Source: Geosiphon pyriformis uo1
Lineage: Eukaryota > Fungi > Glomeromycota
NCBI GenBank assembly: GCA_016748015.1
Contig: JAAOMT010000299.1
Coordinates: 471,090 to 535,089 of the forward strand
Direction: 5' to 3'
DNA: 64,000 nt
Part shown: positions 52,301-62,463 of the stretch, piece after piece
Layout: every line of letters begins with the position of its first letter
How positions within the stretch are numbered: position 1 is the first letter of the stretch
The notes under the pieces: generated by a model
What the model was told of the DNA's origin: nothing
The model's input: the letters and a program-made list of their open reading frames with translations, nothing else
Databases searched by the model: none
Program-made: the position numbers and the translations under genes

Positions 52301-55025
52301 TTTCAGATGAAATGCAGGCTCCTATTGACGATAGTTTCTTGTGGCAGTTCTTACATTTAAGGGGAATATAGGGGCATTGTTTTCTTGGTTCAGGTTTTGA
52401 GTAAGGGATATTCCATCCAGAAGTTTCAGGTTCAGAGTATGAGGTAAAATGTTCTTGTTCTGTTTTATCAGCCCAGTTGGACATTAATCCAAGAGCCATG
52501 AATGTTTCAATGAGAGGTTTTTCCTCTTCCAGTTTGAATTCAAAAGCTGGGGCTTTTTCAGAGTGTTTGTTGAATGTACCACAAGTGGCAGGTATCCAGG
52601 TGTATTGTCCTTGGTAGGAGATTGTTAACTCTTGTGTTTCCCAATTCAGATTAGCATTGGCTTTTTGAAGCCAATTATTTCCGATGAGAGCTTAGTACTG
52701 GGGTGTGTTCATTATAAAAACTTTGACTGAAATGGTGATTCCATCAAGAGTGAATGGAAAATTGTCAATTTCTTCTACTGGGGTCTTTTTCATGCCATTG
52801 GCAGTGACGATTACTGTTTGAGCTGGTCAGTCAACATTTCTCTTCAACTGTTGCATTAACTGGTAGGTGATAATGCTTCCAGCGGATCCACTATCTAGGA
52901 TCAAGCAAATTGTCTTTCCTTTGACTTCTGCTTCAGTATACATAGCTATAATTGCTTTTTGTTCATTGGCGGCTGCATTGCTAAGCAGGAATGGTGACTC
53001 ATTTGCTTCGAACTCAAAAGGGAATATATTTAAAAGGTTAGTGTTTTCAGCAATTCTGGCTGGTGGAATTGTGGTGAGAGTATAGGAAGAGTTTTGTTGT
53101 TGTGCTGCAGCTCTACCTTCCGAGAGTGCAGTATGGTGAAAATTTTGTTCTTTTGGCATTGTTAAATAACTGGGTTGAGTGTGGTAGTGGTTGGGTTTTG
53201 GTTAAATGGAATTTTGGAGAACCAATTGGTTGTTCAAACTGATTCTATTGTTGTTTACTTGGTATCAGTTTTGTGGTGTGAATTGATTTTGTGTAATCAG
53301 TCTTCGAGCAGGTACTTGATAATGTTGTGTGGGTGGTTGTTGGTATTGCTGTTGGATTGGCTGTGGGGCGGGCTGATAATAGTTATTTTGGTATTGGGGT
53401 CTTGGTGGATAGTAAGCTGATGGTGGCAGTTGATAATAAGATTGCTGTGATGGAGGGTAATGTTGATTACTTCTATTTTGTTGGTCTTGTTGTAGCTTTC
53501 TGCAATCTCTTTTCCAGTGGCCAGAGATTCCACAGTAATAGCAATTTTGAGACTGGTTATTGGAAAGTGGTGCAAAGTTATTTTGATTTCGTCTTTGGAG
53601 TGGTTGATATCTTTGGGGTTGCTGTTGTTGTTGATTGGTGAAATAGTTTTCAACCTTCTTTGTGAGTTGGTCAATTTTTTCCTCAGCTGCTGAGCTGGTT
53701 TCTCTAATTGCCAAATTTACAAGTTTTGTGCAATTGGCCTCTTCTATGGCCATTTCATATCTTTTCACATGCTGTATAACAGAATTTAAATCTTCTGGCG
53801 CATGTGGGCAAACCTTTTTAATTAGTTTATCTTTTAGACCAGTGATAAATTGATCCAAGATTTGAGCATCGGAATAATAATTGTTTGTTTCAAGTTGGCG
53901 AATTTGTCTGAGAAGTTTGTTGAATTTCCCAATATAAGTCATAACAGATTCAGAGGGTTCTTGTGTGATATTTTGAAAACGATTGCAAAGGGTGATGGAA
54001 ATATTGTTGTCAGTGAACTGTTCAAGGAAGGCTGCTTTGAAAGCGTTCCAATCATTGAATGGGGTGGCCAAGTTTTCAAACCATTCTCCTGCTGTTCCTT
54101 TGAGAAAGTAGGGAATTGTTCTTAACATTCTGACAGCATTCCATCCATTTGCATCTCCAGCTTTAGTAACTTGGTCGAGCCATTCTTGGAGACTGGTCTC
54201 AATGTCTTTCCCATTAAATTCCGGGATTTTTGTGATGTATGTGGTCATTTTGTCTTCTTTGTTTTCACTGTCTATTGATTCTTCTTCAGATATTTCAGGT
54301 TCGTTTTCTTTGTTCGCTACTGTCTCAGAGTGTTCACTTTGATTTTCAGCTAGAAAGTTAAAGAAATTGGAACTAGTTTGAAGGGGTTCTTGTTGTCTAA
54401 TGGGACTTCTGAGTGATGTAAAATCTTTTGGTCTTGCAAATCGATTCAAGAGTGAATTAGGTGTTTGTGCTTGTGCAAGTGAAGCTGGAAAAGGTGTGAT
54501 AGTAAGTGGAAGTTTTGAACTAGTTCCTTGTTCAGGTGTTTGTAAATGGTTGGCAGTTGTTTTTGGTAGTGTTGGAGTATTTGGAGTGGTTTTTGAGTAT
54601 TGCTTCAATTTGTTTTTGTCTTTGTTGCTTGTTTCTGTTTCCAATTCAAAATCAATAGTGTATTGAGACTGCACTGAATATGTTTTTTCACAGTATTTGA
54701 TAATGTTAAAATTAAGTTTGTGAAAGTAAGTGGCAAGTGTTTTACTGTTAAGGTCTTCAGTTTCCAATTGTGAATAGAGTGCTAAATTATTGTAAAAGTT
54801 GCTTTTAACTTCTGAGATATTGTAATTTCCAAAAAGATAATTGTTAATGTGGTTTTCAATGTATTGGTATACTGATTTCTTGACAACTTCAATTCCGTCT
54901 GGAATGTTGAATTTTTGCTTGCAGTGGGTGTAAATTGACTGGTAATACTCTAGAGTTGTTGCGTCTGGTGTGGTTACCACTTTGAAGTTGTTTTTGCTGT
55001 GTTGTTTCCATGGGAGAGCACCAAA
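49362..55025 (-). pseudogene. Element E ORF1 (Gag-PR-Cys-rich-dUTPase-RT-RH) in a single frame, with premature stops
   Basis: ORFs starting at 54980, 53159, 52199 and 50399 share one frame; CYYCGISGHWKRDC, LILDSGSAG, YLDD; ends at SRMRQN*. Confidence 0.93.
55006..55023 (-). promoter_or_regulatory. PBS of E (TGGTGCTCTCCCATGGAA)
   Basis: TGG 2 nt after the 5' LTR; same site as in B apart from transitions. Confidence 0.85.
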
Positions 55026-56006
55026 TGTTACTGGAGGTTTTTGGTCTCTTTTTTTAAATGTTGTCGATGCTTGTTTGCTGTGAATTCACGTTTTCTGGAT
55101 GTGGTTGAACCTCCAATAACTGAATTTATCTTCAAATTATCTCCTATAATTTGAACTGCTGGGCTTATAAGTGGAATGGCCAATTCTTTGCCAGTTACTT
55201 TATGTAGTTATGTTGTAGTAAACGTCAACTTTTTCCCAAGAATTGCTCATCTGGAAGCTCACTAAAATGTATAGTTACTTTGCTGTAAAAGTCAACTCTT
55301 CTACAGGAATCTTGTCTGTAGGCTACCCTAATGATTGTAATAAGAAAAGAAAAGAAAAATAAAAGAAATGTAAAAGAAATAGAATTTTTGTCAAGAAAAA
55401 CATTTTCTATCCAGGCCTGGAGTCACTAACAGTTTACTGAAATTGGTAGCTAATCAATTTCGAAATGTTAGTTGGGTTTTTGGGGGTTTTTCCAAGTACA
55501 ATAATTAAAGAATTTGGTTTTTCGAATTATTTGATATTTATTTCTTTTTGTGTGTATAGGAATAGTTTTAAGAGATAAATCTAAAGTAAGATACATTTTC
55601 TCGAAAAGAGAAGCTTTTCTTTTATACAACTTGTCATAACACTATTCTATGAACTTGAACTTTGCTATTTTCTACAATTTTGCTAAACTAAAGATACATT
55701 TCGGTAAACTACAAGTTATTTCTGCGAACTATTAGATATTTCAGTGAACTATCAATTATTTCGGCGAATTTCTACAAATTTCGGCAAACTTTTGAATGTT
55801 ACATAGTTTGGGGTATTGCATGATTGATCATCACAATTAGGTTATATTTGTGTTGTGTACAATTTGGGTTATTAATTAAATAATAATTTCAGACATTTTT
55901 ACTAATGTAATAAGTGATAATTTGAAACAATAATATATGCTAATTAATGATAGGAATTATAAGATAATTTCATGCTAAATAATATCTCTAATTTTGTCTG
56001 GTAACA
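55026..56006 (-). repeat. 5' LTR of E
   Basis: Direct repeat of 46134-47114. Confidence 0.96.
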
Positions 56007-57205
56007 ATGGTGGTGAAAATGGCAAATGATCATGGTGTTGTGGTAAACACTGATCTCAAGCAACCGGTAAACAAACATACAGATCGGGCAATTGTGATCA
56101 AAGAAATTCCTGTTAGTATATCTATTAAGGCAGTGCACATGGTGGTTGCCGAATTTGGTGTGATCAAGTTGATCAAAATGCAACTAATAAGATTGTGACA
56201 AAAGATAATTGTCAAGATGGAAGATCAAAATCAGACTGATCTCTTGGCAGCTAAGTGGTCTATCTTCATCAGGAAAGATACGGTCCGAGTGGCCAGGACT
56301 AATATGGACAAACAAACATGGAATTCCAGAAATGCATTCAGGGCTTTGCTCTATACTCTCCCTGTGGGAACCAATGCTCATGATCTTTGGGATTTTATTG
56401 GATCAGTGGATGGGAAGACTTGTGTCATCGACCACAATTCTGTAAGCTATTCACGTGCACACTGTGCCATTGTGTGTTTTGATTCTGAAAACAATCTGGT
56501 TCGGGCCATAGTCCAAATGCCAGTTATAAAAAGTGTTAGTCTTTGTTGGTCTCGCCTGGTGTCTGTTCAGTGCTTGGTTTGCAATAGTTTTGGCCATACT
56601 TCTTTAGCTTGTTGGTCGACAGGCATGCCTGTGGTTCCTAAGGGCAAGAGAGCTCCTCTCTCAGCTCAGGATCAGTTAAGGTTGGCAAGGATCTATGAGA
56701 AGAAATCTGCTCCTGTCTCCCGTCCATTAGCTTTTGGTGGAAGAACTTGGGCTTCTGTGGTTAATAAATCACTTCCACATGTGTTCTTTGGTGATTCTTC
56801 CCAGTCTGGTTCTGTCATTGATGATAAACCTGCCCCGCACTTGAGTTTTGTCATGGAAAAGCATTTGGTTAATATTGAAAACAGTCTTACCAGCCTTGCA
56901 GAACAAATTGGTAAGTTGGCTCAGAGGTTGGATGCACTTGTGCCAGTGGTTTCCCAGCCTAGCCCTGGAAGTCAGCCACTGGTGACCCCTCTATCGCAAA
57001 ATCAGGTGGAAGATGTAGTGATGGGTGAGAGTTCGAGTGCAGCCACTGGTGGTAAGACTGTGGCAATTCCTGGTTTGATTGTTCCTCTGGAAATCAAAAA
57101 ATTGAAGTCTCTTTTAGCAGGTCTTACTGTGTCGGTTATAAGCTTAACAGCTCACTTTAATGATTTGGCCATGGCCAATGGTGTGCCCCCTATTTTGTCT
57201 TCTCA

Positions 57206-60200
57206 ATAAGTGGTTTCATTTGGAAAATTGCTATGTGCAATGTTAGAGAGATGAATAATCTTGCTAAGCAAGCTGACATTATTTGTTGGCATAAGGATAT
57301 AAACAATTTGGTTTCTATTGTTACTGAGACAAAGTTAAAGGATAGGGTGCAACCCTGGATTGCTAATAAGTTTGCCAGTATTTGTGTTTTTGTTTCCAGT
57401 TTGGGTTCTGAGTATCTTAGTTCTGGTGTGGCTATTATTATAGATATTGCTTTAGTAAAACATATGTGTAAGATATCTGAGGTTCCAGATTGGCTCCTTT
57501 CTGTCAAGATGCTTTTTAAGAATAAACTTTCTGTGTCCATTTTGGGGCTGTATACAGGTGCTTCTTCAGCTGTTTGATTTTTTTAGGCTGGTGGAATAAA
57601 CTTTCTCATTGCTAAGGCTGTGAACAAATTTTCCTTTGTTATTCTTGGTGGCAATTTCAACGAAGATGGCTCTTGTAGGTGTGTTAGCTTCAAGAAAAGT
57701 TTGGATTTGGGTCTGGTTAATTCTTTGAGTAGAAGTTCTTTTGCAAAGATGCCTACATGGTGCAATTCTTGCAGTGTTTTTAAAACTATAAACTATGTTC
57801 TAGTTTTCTCTGGCTTGGTCAATGCAGTTGTTCATCGCAGTGTAGATGATGTTGAGGACTTTTTTGATATTAATCACAGTGCAGTTTCTATTTCAGTGGG
57901 TCTGGGTGGTTTGCTGGATATACAGCTTTCCTCATTACATAAACAGGCCAACAAAAATCATTGGAAGTTTGACATTATTAATGCTGATAGGGTGAAATGG
58001 TGCAAATTTAGAGATGCAATGGCTGCTAATGCTGCTATGCTTTCAGATGACTTTGCTGTGGCTAAGAGATTCTCAGATATGGATTTGATGTAGAACATTG
58101 TTCGAAAAATTTTGGTTCTATCAGCTGGTGGAACGTTCAAAAAGAAGTGGTTCAAAGGTTTTGATTGTGTTTTTACCAAGGTGTCCTCTAGATTCTATAA
58201 GCTGGAGCTTCTAGTTTCCAAGCTAGTAAAGGCTTTTTGTGAGTCATCTAGTGACAATTTTAAGCTATTATTGGAAACATGGATCAAAATTGACCCTGGT
58301 GGTACAGCGGCAACTAATTTTCTTTTTCTCTCAGGTTTTAATTTTGATGTCATCCATTCTTTATTGGCAAAAACTAGAAAGATTTACCACTCCTCCAAGC
58401 TGCTGGAGTCCAGGCATGCTGAGGAATCTCGAATTAAACAAGCTATTAATAGAAAAATAGAGAGTTTTGAATTAGATAAAGGTCGTACTATCAGAAGTGT
58501 TTTGGAGTGACTCTTTCAGAAAGTGGTTTTGGATTATCTGATGGTTGACAAAGAGTTGATCTTGGAGCCTGAGCTGGTTAGATCTAAGATGGATGTGATT
58601 ATGAAGGGTTGAACTAGGAAGCATGCAGTGGTCTTTGACATCTTTGATAATTGGGTTCAACAATATTTGTCTTTGAGTTATGTTTTCGATGAAGCCTTTT
58701 CTGATGTGATGGGTTCAATAGATTTTGATGAGATGTTCAATGTTATTTCGAATTTGCCTGATGGCAAAGTGGCTGGTCTTTCTGGTATCTCAAATGAGTT
58801 ATGGAAGCATTGTGATAAAACAGTTTTGGATATGCTTTTGGTGCTCTTGAATTTCTGTTTGGCTCAAAAATCAGTGCCTGGGCCTTGGAAGGAAGCATGG
58901 GTCTCTATGATTCCCAAACCTTACAAATAGGAGAGCATTTTTATGAATACTCATCCTATCACTTTGATTGAAATGGCTCGCAAAGTTCTCTCTAAGATTC
59001 TTTCCAATAGAATTTCTCTAGCTTGCAGCAATTTTGACGTTCTTTGTGGTGACAATTTCTCGGTTTTAAGAGGTACTTCAACTCATTCTTTTATTTTTGC
59101 TGTAGATTTGGTAGTTGAGGATGCTCTGGAAAAAAACTGGGAGCTTTGGTTGGTTTTGCAGGATATGCGAAAAGCATATGATTCTGTTGGTTGGGAGTAC
59201 CTTGAGAAAAGTTTAGTTAAAATCAAGATGTGTAGCAAGTTTATTTGTTTCTTTGAAAATATTCATAGAGATTGCACAAATCGGGTTATAACTAATTTTG
59301 GGCTGACTGATAGATATTGGGTGCATGATGGTTTGGACCAAGGGAAGGTCTTTTCTCCCCTCCTTTGGCGTATATTTTATGATTCTCTTCTGTGTGAAGT
59401 CAAAAGACAAGAAAGTATGTGCAGATACAAATTGAACTCTTATTTCATCTCTAAGACTGGTTGTGCTGAATCTCAGGCTGGACATTCTTTCTTTTTTACT
59501 GCTGGTGCCTTTGTGAATGATACAATCTGGGTTGGCAGCAGTCAGGTTGCCACTCAGCATATTTTTAATGTGGCCAATGAGTTTTTTCAGATAAATAATA
59601 TATCTATTAATAATAATAAGACAGTTGCCATTTCAATCAATTGTTGAGTCAACATTCCATCTCTTTTTATTAGTGGTTCTCTAATTTCTATCACCAAAAA
59701 GGGCAAATTTCATCGTTATCTGGGTATCTTTCTGTTTACTAAAGGTCTTTCTAAACCGAGTTTGGCCAAAGCTCACTCAGATGTTAGATTTTTTACCAAT
59801 CTTATGCTGAAAAAGACCATCTCGGATAAACAGTTTTCTTATTTGGTTTCCTTAGTTCTTCATTTTATTGTTTGTTACAGGACTCAGTTCAGTTTTGTTT
59901 CCTTAAGTGTGTACAACAAGTGGGATACTTTGATTCATAAGGATTTGAAATCAAAATCTGGCCTGCCTCTTGACTTCTCCCATGATGTGCTTCACCATCT
60001 CTTCTTGTATAGTCTTAAAACTTTTGAACAAATTTAGGCTAAAAGCAAGCTAGCATCGGTTGTAAGCTTTGCAAATTCTGTTGGTATCTTGGGTCATCTA
60101 TTTTCTCACAAGGCACATGATTTACAGATTCTTAGTTGGCATCTACTTCATCTTTTGTGTTTTCTTGCTCATGCTAAAGTACCTCTTTTAAACAACTTTT

Positions 60201-61894
60201 TGGCTGACATAGTCCGTGTTTTTCTCGATTATAATTTGTCCTTTAGTGATTTTATGGCCAGTGCTTTTTGTTTCTGGAATGGAACCCCCTTGTCAAGTAT
60301 TCTTGGTGAATTATGTTTTATCAATTGTCAGTTGTCACTTCATCGCTATAATATTGTTTTTGTGGAACAGCTTTTTCATTGTGATAGTTCAATTTTTGAT
60401 TGGTGTACCTTCAAACAATAAAAGAGATTAGACCTCTGTGGTCCCATTCCTCACTGGTTTGATCTCGCTGTTGATTTTCTTAGGCACTCAGCTTTGTTTT
60501 CTTCACCCCCTCATGTTGTGAACAATCTTGAACCTTTGAATATTTTAGAATCTAGTCGGTTTAACATGGTTCGCAATAATCTGCTTAGTGTAAAAGCTAT
60601 TAGTCTCTCTGTATACACGGATGGTTCTGTGGCTGGTCTGGGAACTACTGGCATGAAGGCTGAAGCTGCGGCCTTTTTTGAGGATGTCAGTATGAGTCTG
60701 GAGATCAAAGTTTCTGGTTTGGTTTCTTCAACTCTGGTGGAATTGCAAGCCATTGCCTTGGCTCTCGAGTGTGTTCCCCCTTCTAGTTCGGTCAATTTAT
60801 TTTCTGATAGTCAAGCTGCCTTGGATGTATGCAAGTCGGAATTGGTTTTGGTGCATTCAGACTTTTGTAATTGTTGCTGAATTGAGCATTGTCACATAAA
60901 GAACATTATTCGAACTAAAAACTTGAGTGTTGTCTGGTGTAAAGTGAAAAGTCATTCTGGCGTTTTAGGCAACAATGTCGCAGATGTGCTCGTCAACTTG
61001 GCTTTTTTTTCTGGATGCTTTCTTCCTTCTCGTCTTAAAGAACATTTTATCTTGGCTGATGGCAGTGTGGTTTTTAGTAATACTAGGCATTTTGCTTGTG
61101 ATATCTTTTGGTCCATTCATCATGCATGATGGGAAATGGGTTCTGGTTCAAAGGTTGTTGCAGATAATTTGTTGGCTGATATAGATTGGTACAGATCTTT
61201 TCTTGTGTGGCATTCCGACTTACACATGGCTGCTGGTTTTACAAGCAAATACACCACTAGTGTTCACTCATATTTTATGAAGGCTTTACACCATCAGTTG
61301 CTGGTTGCCATTTGTAAACATCTTTATGACAAATGTTACCTTAGTGTGATGTGCCTTTTTTGTGGTAATGTTGAGGTTTTTGATCACATGTTTACATGCA
61401 TTTCTGACATGGCTGTTTGTGTTTATTTATTGAATTCTCATGTAGCTATCTGGAAGTCTATCTCTGGTTTTGCATGGTCTTTTTCATGTATTATGCAGTT
61501 AATATCACCTGGTGCTTCCAATGGGGCAGTGTACACTGCTCTCTGTAAGGGTGTTGTTTTCAATGGTTGGTTCCAAAAAGCTGTTTCCATTTTTGGTAAC
61601 TTTAAGATTGCAGGCCATTTGGTAGTTGAATTTGTGCAGGACTTTTGTCTGGCTTTTAGAGATGAAGTTTAGTTGGTCCGTACTAAGTATCGTACTCTCA
61701 TGGAGAAGAATGGATTGATTCTGAAGAATGGTTCCGTTCTTGTTTTTGTGTTTGGGTTGTCTACTACTTTTTCTGCTGGTATGGTTAAATTATTAAGTAT
61801 ATCTGAAGCTTTTGGTGTTAGTTTTGGGTTGCATAAGGCTTGTTTGTTTTTTTCTGGCATAAAAAATCTGGCTTCTGTTCATATAGGCACTTAG
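57206..61894 (+). pseudogene. LINE-2 ORF2: APE endonuclease, RT, RNase H, C-terminal Cys/His motif
   Basis: CNVR.MN, TETK and GG(D>N)FN (APE); QDMRKAYDSV, QG.VFSPLLW, FV(D>N)D and RYLG (RT); VYTDGS, ELQAIALAL, SDSQA and KVK.HSG (RNase H); CLFCG...DHMFTC. Confidence 0.92.
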
Positions 61895-62463
61895 TGTTGT
61901 CCTGATTGGTCTGAGTGGCTGGTCACGTGTAGAAAATACATGATTCACATCTAGTTTAGATCACTTAGTTTGATGTATTGTACTAGGTAGTATTTGGACT
62001 TCACTCATTAAAACTAATAAAAAAAAAATTAAATAATAAAAAATAAATAAATAAGTTAAATTAGTTAAATAAAATTAAACTTTGAATTATATTAAGTGTT
62101 TTCAATAACAAAATCTAATAAATTAAATATTTTTAAAAATGGTAAAAAATAAAAAAAATTATTATTAAAACTATTATATATTATTTAAAATTAAAATTAT
62201 TATTATTTATTGAATTGTTACTTTAAAAAGCTGTTTATAAAACTAAAATAAAAAAATTTATAAACCTATTTACAAATTAAAATAATAAAAATATCAAAAA
62301 ATTATTTCTGTAATAATATATATGCTTTATTAAATATATTAACTTAATAGCTAAAATTTTTGTGAATTTTGATGGTAACAGTATTGATTTGTTAATTGTG
62401 ACTCACCAAATAAAGATTTTTGGTTGTAACTGCAATATTAATTTTTGCCTTCTTTTCCATAAG

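Larger units (their letters stand above)
46134..56006 (-). mobile_element. Full-length Gypsy element E (family 1, 9873 bp)
   Basis: Two 981-bp LTRs; perfect TSD ATGG at 46130-46133 and 56007-56010; PBS, PPT and all domains present. Confidence 0.97.
45527..57209 (+). pseudogene. LINE-2 ORF1 (RRM-like region, CCHC knuckle, coiled coil); pieces 45527-46133 and 56011-57209
   Basis: Removing E and one TSD restores the frame ...QAMMMVVKMANDHGVVVNTDLK...; knuckle CLVCNSFGHTSLAC. Confidence 0.88.
45382..62027 (+). mobile_element. Full-length non-LTR retrotransposon LINE-2 (about 6.8 kb without its insert), ORF1 interrupted by element E
   Basis: ORF1, ORF2 (APE-RT-RNase H-Cys/His motif), 3' UTR and poly(A); candidate 15-bp TSD ATTAAATAATAAAAA at 45367-45381 and 62028-62042. 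Confidence 0.92.

Noticed and set aside
53175-54666. Antisense and alternative-frame ORFs over gag/pol (also 9788, 10166, 59213, 60511 and others)
   Set aside because: Shadow ORFs caused by strand compositional bias; they recur only because the elements are repeated and carry no motifs.
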